Assembly (NCBI GenBank): GCA_041658425.1
Contig: JBBAAF010000001.1
Location: 115,821 to 179,820 of the forward strand
DNA length: 64,000 nucleotides
Source of the DNA: Bacteroidales bacterium
GTDB lineage: Bacteria; Bacteroidota; Bacteroidia; Bacteroidales; UBA12481
Direction: 5' to 3'
Part shown: positions 38,795-47,614 of the stretch, in pieces
Numbering within the stretch: the stretch's first letter is position 1
Layout: every line of letters starts with the position of its first letter
Notes under the pieces: model-generated
What the model was told of the DNA's origin: nothing
The model's input: only the letters and a program-made list of their open reading frames with translations
Databases searched by the model: none
Translations under genes and position numbers: made by a program

Positions 38795-39945
38795 TGGCAG
38801 CGATATTAGTGATTGATGATGAGCGGAGTATCCGGAATACCCTCAAGGAGGTACTGGAGTATGAAAACCATCAGATAGACCTGGCGGAGGATGGTGTGAT
38901 CGGATTGGGGATGATCAAGGAGAATCATTATGATATAGTTCTCTGTGACATCAAGATGCCGAAAATGGATGGTCTCGAGGTGCTGGAGAAGATATTCCAG
39001 ATCACCGGAGATGTTCAGGTTATCATGATTTCGGGCCATGGTACCGTGGATGCTGCTGTAGAAGCCATCAAGAAAGGGGCTTATGATTTTATAGAAAAAC
39101 CCCTGGATCTGAACAGGTTGCTGATCACGATCCGTAATGCCATGGATAAGACGACCCTGATCAGTGAGACCCGGACCCTAAAAAAGAAGGTGGCCAGGAA
39201 TTATGAGATGATCGGGGAATCGGGTCCCATGAAAAAGATCAGAGAGATGATTGACCGCGTGGCGCCTACTGATGCAAGAGTTCTGATCACCGGCTCCAAT
39301 GGTACCGGGAAAGAATTGGTGGCTCGCCAGCTTCATGAGCAGAGCAACCGCACCGGAGGACAGTTTGTGGAAGTCAATTGTGCGGCAATCCCATCAGAAT
39401 TAATTGAGAGTGAACTATTTGGTCACGAAAAAGGATCCTTTACCTCTGCAATCAAGCAGCGGAAAGGAAAATTTGAACTGGCCGATAAAGGCACTCTCTT
39501 CCTCGATGAGATAGGCGACATGAGCCTTTCAGCTCAGGCTAAGGTTCTCAGGGCATTACAGGAGGGCCGGATTACACGGGTTGGAGGAGATAAGGATATT
39601 GCCGTGGATGTCCGGGTGATTGCCGCCACCAATAAAAATCTGAAAGAAGAGATCGTAGAAAACCGTTTCAGGGAAGATTTATACCATCGTCTGGGTGTAA
39701 TCATTATACATGTGCCTGCACTCAATGAACGGACTGATGACATCCCGCAGCTGGCAACTCATTTTATAGAACAAATATGCTCGGAGATGGGAATGCCACC
39801 CAAAAGCATTGATGATGAAGCCATTGAAGAACTCAAGAAACTTCCCTGGACCGGCAATATCCGGGAGTTCAGGAATGTGATTGAGCGACTGATTATTCTT
39901 GGAGGGCAGGTAATTACCGGCGAAGATATCAGAATGTTTGCGTGA
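38794..39945 (+). CDS. Sigma-54-dependent response regulator (receiver + AAA+ domains) with no C-terminal HTH DNA-binding domain
   Basis: 383 aa. Receiver domain with acceptor context DIVLCDIKMP. AAA+ Walker A GSNGTGKE. The sigma-54 contact loop is GSFTSA (consensus GAFTGA). The protein ends about 15 aa after the AAA+ domain. Its ATG overlaps the permease stop (TGATG). Confidence 0.8.
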   Translation: MAAILVIDDERSIRNTLKEVLEYENHQIDLAEDGVIGLGMIKENHYDIVLCDIKMPKMDGLEVLEKIFQITGDVQVIMISGHGTVDAAVEAIKKGAYDFIEKPLDLNRLLITIRNAMDKTTLISETRTLKKKVARNYEMIGESGPMKKIREMIDRVAPTDARVLITGSNGTGKELVARQLHEQSNRTGGQFVEVNCAAIPSELIESELFGHEKGSFTSAIKQRKGKFELADKGTLFLDEIGDMSLSAQAKVLRALQEGRITRVGGDKDIAVDVRVIAATNKNLKEEIVENRFREDLYHRLGVIIIHVPALNERTDDIPQLATHFIEQICSEMGMPPKSIDDEAIEELKKLPWTGNIREFRNVIERLIILGGQVITGEDIRMFA

Positions 39946-39987
39946 GCGCTTCCGGTTTGCTACTTTTGTATAAATAACTCGTCGGTT

Positions 39988-40452
39988 ATGCAAAAAATTG
40001 CCGTCTTCCCGGGATCTTTTGATCCGTTTACGAAAGGCCATGAGAATGTGATCAGCAGGGCGTTACCCTTGTTTGACAGGGTATTTATCGCGATTGGCCA
40101 CCATTCGGAGAAGAGGAGTTTCTTTACGCTCGACCAGCGGTTGAAAATGATCGGAAAGCTTTATCAGGAAGAGCCCAGAATAGTAATGGATTATTATGAG
40201 GGCCTCACGGTTGATTACTGCAAAAAGGTAGGAGCGCAATATCTATTAAGAGGATTACGAACGGCTGCGGATTTTGAGTATGAGCGGGCGATTGCGCAGA
40301 TCAACCGGATGATGAATCCTGAGGTGGAGACAGTTTTCATTTTGGCGGTCCCGGAATTTACCCCGGTCAATTCAACCATTATCCGCGAGATCCTTAAATA
40401 TGGCGGGGATGCCAGTCAGTTCCTTCCTGACAAAATGGTCATTGACGATTAA
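39988..40452 (+). CDS. coaD: Phosphopantetheine adenylyltransferase
   Basis: 154 aa starting MQKIAVFPGSFDPFTKGHENV. Confidence 0.9.
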   Translation: MQKIAVFPGSFDPFTKGHENVISRALPLFDRVFIAIGHHSEKRSFFTLDQRLKMIGKLYQEEPRIVMDYYEGLTVDYCKKVGAQYLLRGLRTAADFEYERAIAQINRMMNPEVETVFILAVPEFTPVNSTIIREILKYGGDASQFLPDKMVIDD

Positions 40453-40454
40453 CC

Positions 40455-41087
40455 CTATACGGTTTCGCCCGTAGTCCAGGGAACATCTCCAATTAGCTCA
40501 GCAATAGATCGATATGTGTTTTCGAGTACCATATCAAATTGTGACGGTACGAGCCAGGTTGCTTCAGTGATGCCTTCCTCAGTTTGAGGTTTAGTGACGA
40601 GATCATCGTTATAATCCATGGCAAACCACCAGGTTTTTTTCAGAATCCTGTTGCCTTCCAGTTTATAGGTATGATAGGTTGATGGAAGTTTACTCACAAT
40701 TTTCAGGTTTGCGATTCCGCATTCTTCCCTCACTTCACGAAGAGCAGCGAGTTCCGGGGATTCGCCCTTTTCAATTTTTCCCTTAGGGAGATCCCATTTC
40801 CCGAATCTTTTGATAAACAGATATTTTCCGGATGGGTGTCGCACGATTCCGCCGGCTGCCGCAATAATCTGATAGAAGCTGGTAAACATTGTGAAGAAGG
40901 CTTCCGGATTCTCATAACAAACACAGTAACTATGAATGCCTGAAGATTCAAACTGAGTAATCATTTCCCCAACGGACTTGCGGTCCAGATCTGCGATCAT
41001 TTCCCTGCAAACCCCGCATAATGCCTGATCAGCGGTGGAAATCGACAGGAGGCAGTCGTTGAAAAAAACTTTATACCTTTGAATCAT
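40455..41087 (-). CDS. Nudix hydrolase with an uncharacterised N-terminal domain
   Basis: Nudix box GKIEKGESPELAALREVREECG. The tracked ORF extends to 41267, but that part is antisense to pyrE. The likely start is MIQRYKVFF at 41087, or MSIMIQ at 41096. Confidence 0.7.
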   Translation of the reverse strand: MIQRYKVFFNDCLLSISTADQALCGVCREMIADLDRKSVGEMITQFESSGIHSYCVCYENPEAFFTMFTSFYQIIAAAGGIVRHPSGKYLFIKRFGKWDLPKGKIEKGESPELAALREVREECGIANLKIVSKLPSTYHTYKLEGNRILKKTWWFAMDYNDDLVTKPQTEEGITEATWLVPSQFDMVLENTYRSIAELIGDVPWTTGETV

Positions 41088-41718
41088 GATGGACATAGAA
41101 AAGATGATCGCGTCGCTTTTATTGCAAATTAAAGCAATAAAGCTGTCTCCGGCAAGTCCGTTTACCTGGGCTTCGGGCTGGAAATCACCAATATATTGCG
41201 ATAACCGTAAAACCTTGTCATATCCTTTGGTGCGAAAAACAATCAGGGATGAATTTGTGATGCGCATCCGCCAGTATTATCCTGATGCAGAATTGATTGC
41301 CGGAGTTGCGACCGGTGCCATCGCGCATGGGATACTCGTGGCCGAAGCGATGGATTTACCGTTTATTTATGTGCGACCGGAGGCAAAAGGTCACGGTTTG
41401 GGTAATCAGATAGAAGGAGATTTCACCGCATGTATGAAAACAGTCATCATCGAAGATCTGATTTCCACGGGTGGCAGCAGTCTGGCTGCTTTCAAAGCTC
41501 TGCGCTCGGCCGGTCTTGACATACGAGGCATGCTGGCCATTTTCACATACGGCTTTCCGGTATCGGCGGAAAATTTCAGGCTGGCAGGTTGCCCGCTCGA
41601 CACGCTCAGCAATTATGGCAGTCTCCTGGAGCTTGCGCTTCAAACGGGAGACATTTTACCGGAGCAGGAGGAGTTGCTGAGGCAGTGGAGAGATGAGCCG
41701 GAAACGTGGGGGAGATGA
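41086..41718 (+). CDS. pyrE: Orotate phosphoribosyltransferase
   Basis: 210 aa. Contains PFTWASGWKSPIYCDNR and the PRPP-binding motif VIIEDLISTGGS. Confidence 0.9.
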   Translation: MMDIEKMIASLLLQIKAIKLSPASPFTWASGWKSPIYCDNRKTLSYPLVRKTIRDEFVMRIRQYYPDAELIAGVATGAIAHGILVAEAMDLPFIYVRPEAKGHGLGNQIEGDFTACMKTVIIEDLISTGGSSLAAFKALRSAGLDIRGMLAIFTYGFPVSAENFRLAGCPLDTLSNYGSLLELALQTGDILPEQEELLRQWRDEPETWGR

Positions 41719-41746
41719 GACAAGAAGACTATAAGACTTTAAGTCT
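41717..41746 (+). repeat. AAGAC-word repeat element, copy 2 (between the convergent pyrE and birA stops)
   Basis: GAGACAAGAAGACTATAAGACTTTAAGTCT. It contains the same 16-mer ACTATAAGACTTTAAG as copy 1. The core AGACTT-T-AAGTCT is palindromic. Confidence 0.75.
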
Positions 41747-42482
41747 AGAGGATATATTCAACTTCTTTATAGGCATAGGTTTGGATGGTGCCCGAGTCGG
41801 TTTGGAGGATGAGATGGCCGTATTCAGTGACTCCGATTATTTTAGCAATAAAGACTTTATTAGCGGTTTTGAAATGGACGAATTCGTCGAAACGATATAA
41901 CTTATTAATATATTGATTATTAATTTGCTCGAAATTACCGGACTCAATCAGATAATATCTATTCAGAAATGATTCGAGGAAGAGGTTTTCCATTTCAGCC
42001 AGGTCGTACTCTAATCCGGTTAACATACTGATTGATATCGGATTTGGAATATCTCCGGGAAATTTCACCTGATTGATATTTATACCGATACCTAATATGG
42101 CATGATCGATAAATTTTCCAAGAATAGCTGTTTCGATCAGAATTCCTCCGATTTTTCGATCTCCTGCATACAGGTCATTTGGCCATTTAATCCGGATTTC
42201 ATCGATAAAGAGTTCAAGAAAACCAGCAGCTGCGAGTGCAAAGGTTTTTGACAGGTCGAATTGAAGGGATGCCTCGAATTGATGAGGGAAAATAGCCAGT
42301 GTACCGGTGAGGTTCTGTCCAGGTTCACTGATCCAGGTGCGGTTCCCCTGTCCTCTGCCGGCAAACTGATCATCGGTACGAACCCAGAAAGGTTCTCTTG
42401 CCGGCTGTTTCGGCAGCATCTGGCTGGCACACAAATTTGTAGAATTCAGCCTTTTATGAAAATACTTTGCCGGTTGTTGCAT
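41745..42482 (-). CDS. birA: Biotin--[acetyl-CoA-carboxylase] ligase (no HTH domain)
   Basis: 245 aa. Contains GRGQGNRTWISEPG and KWPNDLY. Confidence 0.85.
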   Translation of the reverse strand: MQQPAKYFHKRLNSTNLCASQMLPKQPAREPFWVRTDDQFAGRGQGNRTWISEPGQNLTGTLAIFPHQFEASLQFDLSKTFALAAAGFLELFIDEIRIKWPNDLYAGDRKIGGILIETAILGKFIDHAILGIGININQVKFPGDIPNPISISMLTGLEYDLAEMENLFLESFLNRYYLIESGNFEQINNQYINKLYRFDEFVHFKTANKVFIAKIIGVTEYGHLILQTDSGTIQTYAYKEVEYIL

Positions 42483-42535
42483 GGAAGCCCGATTTACTAA
42501 CTAAATTTACCAAAAATAATAAAAATGGGTTTAGT

Positions 42536-42567
42536 GGCCTAAGGGCCCAAGTGCATAGGGGCTCAGG
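42536..42567 (+). repeat. 8-nt periodic word array upstream of rsfS
   Basis: GGCCTAAG GGCCCAAG TGCATAGG GGCTCAGG, contiguous and in register. It lies 24 nt upstream of the rsfS ATG. Confidence 0.6.
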
Positions 42568-42590
42568 CAGAACTAAGGTAAAAGGAAAAT

Positions 42591-42962
42591 ATGAAGAAGA
42601 AACTTGACGATGCAGCGTATAATGAGTTATTGGAGATTATAATTGAAGCGATACGTTCTAAGAAAGGGGAGGCGATTACATTTTTAGATCTGACCCATCT
42701 GAACACAACCATCAGCAGGAGTTTCCTGATTGCCCATGCGGGATCAACCGTACAGGCAAAAGCTATTGCTGGGGCAATTGAAGAGCAGGTAAAAGACAAA
42801 GCCAGTCGCAAACCTTACCACCGGGAGGGCTATGATAATTCACAATGGATTTTACTCGATTATGGTGATGTTATTGCGCATGTATTCCAGAAGCCTTTCC
42901 GGGATTTTTATAACCTTGAGGAACTATGGGCTGATGGGCACCGGACAGATTTCGCATCGTGA
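42591..42962 (+). CDS. rsfS: Ribosome silencing factor RsfS
   Basis: 123 aa. Contains WILLDYGDVIAHVFQKPFRDFYNLEELW. Confidence 0.85.
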   Translation: MKKKLDDAAYNELLEIIIEAIRSKKGEAITFLDLTHLNTTISRSFLIAHAGSTVQAKAIAGAIEEQVKDKASRKPYHREGYDNSQWILLDYGDVIAHVFQKPFRDFYNLEELWADGHRTDFAS

Positions 42963-43000
42963 AACAAATCTCCGTTGATGGTATAATAATTGAAGAGCCT

Positions 43001-43008
43001 TATCTTTG
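43001..43008 (+). promoter_or_regulatory. Candidate -7 promoter box for ftsH
   Basis: TATCTTTG matches TAnnTTTG. It lies about 37 nt upstream of the ATG at 43046. Confidence 0.4.
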
Positions 43009-43045
43009 TTACTAATTACCATTACCTGGAGAGTATACTGAAAAA

Positions 43046-45043
43046 ATGGCAGACGACAATAATGCAAGCAAACAGCGGCCTTTATTTGGTCCAAAAGGAA
43101 AGTCCGGTAATCTGATGAAGAAGAAGCAGAAGTTCAACATTATGTGGGTTTACGCAATAATAGTGCTTGGCATTTTTACCATCGCTACTTTGAATAAAGG
43201 CAGTAAACCGCAGAAAACCGATTGGAAACAGTTCCGGGAGGAAATGCTGAAAACCGGAGATGTTGAGAAACTGGTTATCGTTAACAACGAAACAGTTGAG
43301 ATTTACATCAAGCCAGATCGTTTAAGCGATCCGAAATTCCAGAAGATGTTTAAAAGCCGGCTCGGTACTATTTCCGAGCGTGGCCCTCAGTTCTACTTTC
43401 AAATCAACTCCATCGAAATTTTCGACAAAAGGCTTGAAGAGTTAAACGCCGAACTGCCTGCAGATCAGCGCATAGAATATTCTGCCGAAAAGCGAACGGA
43501 TGTATTGATGCAGGTATTAGGCTGGGTTATACCTTTTGCCATTCTCATCGGCTTTTATCTCTTCATGTTCAGGAGGATGAGCGGTGGCGGAGGCGGTGGC
43601 GGAGCCGGTTCAATTTTCAGCGTTGGTAAAAGCAAAGCTAAGATATTTAACAAAGAAGAAGATAATATCAACGTCAGTTTTAAAGACGTAGCCGGTTTGG
43701 CTGAAGCAAAGGTTGAAGTCATGGAAATCGTTGACTTTCTGAAGACTCCTTTGAAGTATACCCAATTAGGTGGCAAGATCCCGAAAGGGGCTTTGCTGGT
43801 AGGCCCTCCCGGAACGGGTAAAACCTTATTAGCAAAGGCCGTGGCTGGCGAAGCTAACGTTCCTTTCTTCTCCATGTCGGGGTCCGACTTTGTAGAGATG
43901 TTCGTTGGGGTTGGTGCTTCCCGCGTGCGGGACCTGTTCAAGCAGGCCAAAGAAAAAGCTCCGTGTATTGTTTTTATCGATGAGATAGATGCCATTGGCC
44001 GGGCTAGAGGCAGGAATGCAAATTTCGGATCCAATGATGAACGTGAAAACACACTGAATCAACTCCTTACGGAGATGGATGGATTTGCATCCAACTCAGG
44101 GGTGATCTTACTGGCAGCCACAAACCGGGCTGATATTCTGGATAAGGCATTATTGCGGGCCGGCCGTTTCGACAGGCAGATACATGTTGAATTGCCCGAT
44201 CTGAATGAACGGAGAGAAATCTTCCAGGTTCATTTGCGGAATGTTAAATATGATCCGGAATTGGATATTGATTTTTTTGCCAAGCAAACCCCGGGTTTCA
44301 GTGGAGCTGATATAGCTAACGTTTGCAACGAGTCTGCATTGATCGCTGCACGACGGGAAAAGAAAATGGTTGAAAGACAGGATTTCCTGGATGCCGTTGA
44401 CCGGATTATCGGGGGTCTGGAAAAGAAAAACAAGATTATTTCGGTTGATGAGAAACGGGCAGTTGCTTATCATGAAGCCGGTCATGCTACCGTTAGCTGG
44501 CTGCTCGAATTTGCTCAACCGCTTGTTAAAGTTACCATCGTTCCGCGCGGGAAGGCTCTTGGAGCTGCCTGGTACCTGCCTGAAGAGCGTCAATTGACCA
44601 CCACAGAACAGATTCTTGATGAGATTGCATCCGCATTAGCCGGAAGGGCTGCCGAAGAGCTCTGCTTTGGCAAAGTTTCAACCGGTGCAATGAACGATCT
44701 GGAACGTGTCACCAAGCAAGCTTATGCGATGGTTACCTATTTCGGTATGAGTGACAAAATTGGGAAACTCAGCTATTATGATTCATCGGGACAGGCAGAA
44801 TATGCTTTCAGTAAACCATACAGTGAAAAGACTGCTGAATTGATCGACGCGGAAGCCAAGAAGATCATTGATGAAGGCTATGAACGAGCTAAGCGGATTC
44901 TGCAGGAACATAGCGAAGGACACAAAGAAATTTCGGAGATGCTTCTTGACAGGGAAGTTTTGTTCGCTGAGGACCTGGAACGGGTTTTTGGTCCGCGTAA
45001 AGGTCATAAGCCCGAAATGCTTGATGCCAAAATCCATAAATAG
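43046..45043 (+). CDS. ftsH: ATP-dependent zinc metalloprotease FtsH
   Basis: 665 aa with two TM helices. Walker A GPPGTGKT, second region of homology, and the zinc motif HEAGHA. Confidence 0.95.
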   Translation: MADDNNASKQRPLFGPKGKSGNLMKKKQKFNIMWVYAIIVLGIFTIATLNKGSKPQKTDWKQFREEMLKTGDVEKLVIVNNETVEIYIKPDRLSDPKFQKMFKSRLGTISERGPQFYFQINSIEIFDKRLEELNAELPADQRIEYSAEKRTDVLMQVLGWVIPFAILIGFYLFMFRRMSGGGGGGGAGSIFSVGKSKAKIFNKEEDNINVSFKDVAGLAEAKVEVMEIVDFLKTPLKYTQLGGKIPKGALLVGPPGTGKTLLAKAVAGEANVPFFSMSGSDFVEMFVGVGASRVRDLFKQAKEKAPCIVFIDEIDAIGRARGRNANFGSNDERENTLNQLLTEMDGFASNSGVILLAATNRADILDKALLRAGRFDRQIHVELPDLNERREIFQVHLRNVKYDPELDIDFFAKQTPGFSGADIANVCNESALIAARREKKMVERQDFLDAVDRIIGGLEKKNKIISVDEKRAVAYHEAGHATVSWLLEFAQPLVKVTIVPRGKALGAAWYLPEERQLTTTEQILDEIASALAGRAAEELCFGKVSTGAMNDLERVTKQAYAMVTYFGMSDKIGKLSYYDSSGQAEYAFSKPYSEKTAELIDAEAKKIIDEGYERAKRILQEHSEGHKEISEMLLDREVLFAEDLERVFGPRKGHKPEMLDAKIHK

Positions 45044-45050
45044 TGAAGAC

Positions 45051-45701
45051 ATGGAAGTAAGAGACCCCAGGAGGATTATTCTTGATAAAATCAAAGCTGT
45101 TCGTAACAGTCAGGAGGATAGGGTCAAAACTTCTTTTCCAAAGTACAGGCATGATTCGTCGCAGTATCTGAATGATATTGAAGATCTTCCGGAGATGGAA
45201 TTTGCCCGTAACCTCGTTCAGGTTAAGGGCAAATTTGTTTATTGTCCAAACCAAAAAGAGCTGGTTCTTGCGTTGAGGATATTATACCATGAAGAGCAAT
45301 GGGAAAAAATTTTCTGTATTGAGCCTTCTATCCGTGAGTTGATTGATCGCGCCGGCATTCCCTATTCATTTGACCAGGAATCCGTTAAAGAAGCTGAAGC
45401 GGCAATTACCGGATGTGAATTCCTGATTGCCCGAACGGGGAGCATCCTGGTTTCTTCGGCACAAGGTTCTGGCCGCAGGGTATTCGGGCACGCTCCGGTG
45501 CATGTTGTTATTGGCAGGACCACCCAGCTGGTTAATGAAATTGGTGATGCATTATCGGGCATCAAAGGTAAATACAGCGAGATGCCTTCACAGGTTTCGC
45601 TGATCACAGGCCCAAGCCGGACAGCGGATATTGAAAAAACCTTGGTTTTAGGGGCGCACGGACCACATGACCTTTATGTGTTTTTATTAAATGATCAGTA
45701 G
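45051..45701 (+). CDS. LUD-domain protein (LutC/YkgG-like)
   Basis: The tracked ORF starts at 44868 inside ftsH. The first ATG after the ftsH stop is 45051 (MEVRDPRR). Family-like segments GCEFLIARTGSILVSS and GPSRTADIEKTLVLGAHGP are present. Confidence 0.65.
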   Translation: MEVRDPRRIILDKIKAVRNSQEDRVKTSFPKYRHDSSQYLNDIEDLPEMEFARNLVQVKGKFVYCPNQKELVLALRILYHEEQWEKIFCIEPSIRELIDRAGIPYSFDQESVKEAEAAITGCEFLIARTGSILVSSAQGSGRRVFGHAPVHVVIGRTTQLVNEIGDALSGIKGKYSEMPSQVSLITGPSRTADIEKTLVLGAHGPHDLYVFLLNDQ

Positions 45702-45703
45702 TT

Positions 45704-46519
45704 TTGAAAGAATTCCTGACACGCACAGTTTCGGGGCTGATTTATGCAGCTGTAATGATCGGATCGATCACGGTACATCCGTTGATTTTTCTGGCTGTTT
45801 TTCTTTTTATCCTGATTCTTGGCATGATCGAGTTTTACCGTATTTGTTCGATTCCCGAATCCCGTCCTATGGTGGTTCCCGGAATAACGACCGGGGTAAT
45901 CCTGTTTCTCACATTCTTTCTGATCAGGTACACCGGGGTGGATAGCCGGATTCTTCTTCTGATACCGGCTTCAGGGCTGATTCTCATGATTCTGCCGATG
46001 TTCCGGCAGAAGGATCAACCTTTACTGTCTGCCTCACTCACATTTCTTGGCATTGTGTATGTCAGTCTTCCGGTCAGTGTTTTCAATCTCCTTGTCTATC
46101 ATCCTTACCATGAAGGATTTGACTACCAGGTAGTTCTTTTTCTGTTCCTGATTCTTTGGTTAAATGATACCGGGGCTTATATTACCGGTAAGCTGATGGG
46201 CAAGCACAAGATGTTTCCTCGTATCTCACCGAATAAGTCATGGGAAGGATTAGCCGGCGGATTATTAATGGCATTACTGATTACCTGGCTGAGCCGTCCT
46301 TTATTTCCCGATATTCCTTTATGGCACCTGTGGATTTTATGCCCGGTAATTGTAATCACCGGTACTTTTGGCGATCTTGTTGAATCCAGCTGGAAACGCG
46401 CAGCGGGGGTTAAAGATTCGGGCAAGCTGATGCCGGGACACGGAGGCATTCTGGATCGTTTTGACAGTCTCCTATTTGCAGCTCCTGCGGCATATCTAAC
46501 CATAACTTTATTAACATGA
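45704..46519 (+). CDS. cdsA: Phosphatidate cytidylyltransferase
   Basis: 271-aa polytopic protein with the signature SWKRAAGVKDSGKLMPGHGGILDRFDSLLF. Confidence 0.9.
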   Translation: MKEFLTRTVSGLIYAAVMIGSITVHPLIFLAVFLFILILGMIEFYRICSIPESRPMVVPGITTGVILFLTFFLIRYTGVDSRILLLIPASGLILMILPMFRQKDQPLLSASLTFLGIVYVSLPVSVFNLLVYHPYHEGFDYQVVLFLFLILWLNDTGAYITGKLMGKHKMFPRISPNKSWEGLAGGLLMALLITWLSRPLFPDIPLWHLWILCPVIVITGTFGDLVESSWKRAAGVKDSGKLMPGHGGILDRFDSLLFAAPAAYLTITLLT

Positions 46520-47178
46520 AGGTACGTATTCATCGGGAAGGCATCAAAACATTGTCGGGTATCGGAATGATCCTGGTACTTCTCAATTTTTTGACATATA
46601 TCGGTCTTGGTCCGGGATTTCTTTTCTTCTTCGTGTTATTCCTTTCCCTGTTTATTATCTGCTTCGTTTGCTGGTTCTTCCGTAAACCCGAGAGGCCTTT
46701 GCCTACATCAGGCTCGACGGTTATTGCCCCTGCAGATGGCACGATCATTTCGGTGGATGAATTATTTGTAGGAGAGTTTTTCGAAGATTACCGCACGCGG
46801 GTATCGATATTCATGTCGAGCAACAATGTGCATATTAACTGGATACCATTGTCGGGTTTTGTTCGTTATCAGCGATACAATCCTGGTATGCATCTTTTCG
46901 CACGTCATCCGAAATCATCCGACCGGAATGAACGGAGTACGGTAATTATTGAGGATTCAAAAGGCAAGCAAATTATGATGAGGCAGATCGCCGGCATTAT
47001 GGCAAGAAGGGTTATCACCTACCCCCCACCGGGAAAAACTGTTTTGCAAGGTGAAGAACTCGGATTCATCAAGTTTGGGTCAAGGGTGGATCTGTTTCTT
47101 CCGACAGGCACGAAAGTGCTTGTTAAACCAGGGGATAAAACCATTGGGAGGGTTACTGAAGTGGCAGAGTGGCATTAA
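46516..47178 (+). CDS. psd: Phosphatidylserine decarboxylase proenzyme (short form)
   Basis: 220 aa. N-terminal TM helices, and a self-cleavage region FGSRVDLFLP. It overlaps cdsA by 4 nt (ATGA). Confidence 0.8.
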   Translation: MKVRIHREGIKTLSGIGMILVLLNFLTYIGLGPGFLFFFVLFLSLFIICFVCWFFRKPERPLPTSGSTVIAPADGTIISVDELFVGEFFEDYRTRVSIFMSSNNVHINWIPLSGFVRYQRYNPGMHLFARHPKSSDRNERSTVIIEDSKGKQIMMRQIAGIMARRVITYPPPGKTVLQGEELGFIKFGSRVDLFLPTGTKVLVKPGDKTIGRVTEVAEWH

Positions 47179-47271
47179 AGTGTTAAAAATGTGATAATAC
47201 TGAGTTGTTTAACTTTTCTTTAACAACTGATTAGACAAAAAGAGCGTTATCTTCGTACAACATTATTAAAA

Positions 47272-47565
47272 ATGAAAAAAATGAAAAAATTATTGGTGGT
47301 TCTCTCGTTATTGGTTTTTGTAGGTGTTTATGCTGCTCCGGCTCTTACCATGCCGAAGGATAAGGCTGCTAAAATTGTAACTGTTGACAAAGATAAAAAA
47401 GATAAGAAAGCAACTAAAGCCGTAGCTAAATCCGGTAAAAGTGAAGCTAAAGCATCATGCTGCGAAGCTGGTAAAGGTGAAATGAAAGCAGGTTGCGCAG
47501 CTACCTGTAAAGAAGCTGCCGCTTGCAAAGGCGAAGGCATGAAAGCTGAAGAGAAAAAGAAATAA
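47272..47565 (+). CDS. Small secreted Lys/Ala-rich protein with a Cys/Met cluster
   Basis: 97 aa with signal peptide MKKMKKLLVVLSLLVFVGVYA. The mature part is K/A/E-rich and carries SCCEAGKGEMKAGCAATCKEAAACKGEGMK. A strong terminator follows. Confidence 0.6.
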   Translation: MKKMKKLLVVLSLLVFVGVYAAPALTMPKDKAAKIVTVDKDKKDKKATKAVAKSGKSEAKASCCEAGKGEMKAGCAATCKEAAACKGEGMKAEEKKK

Positions 47566-47583
47566 GTTAGATTTATTTCTAAC

Positions 47584-47614
47584 AAAAAAAGCCCGGCCAC
47601 CCCGGGCTTTTTTT
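47584..47614. terminator. Bidirectional rho-independent terminator between convergent genes
   Basis: GC-rich hairpin GCCCGG-CCAC-CCGGGC, flanked by an A-run on the 5' side and a T-run on the 3' side. Confidence 0.75.

Noticed and set aside
41088-41267. Upstream 60-aa extension of the Nudix ORF
   Set aside because: It is antisense to the well-supported N-terminus of pyrE. The internal Met starts are more plausible, though the exact start remains uncertain.
44868-45050. Upstream 61-aa extension of the LUD-domain ORF
   Set aside because: It lies inside the 3' end of ftsH in another frame. The first ATG after the ftsH stop (45051) gives a normal-length protein.
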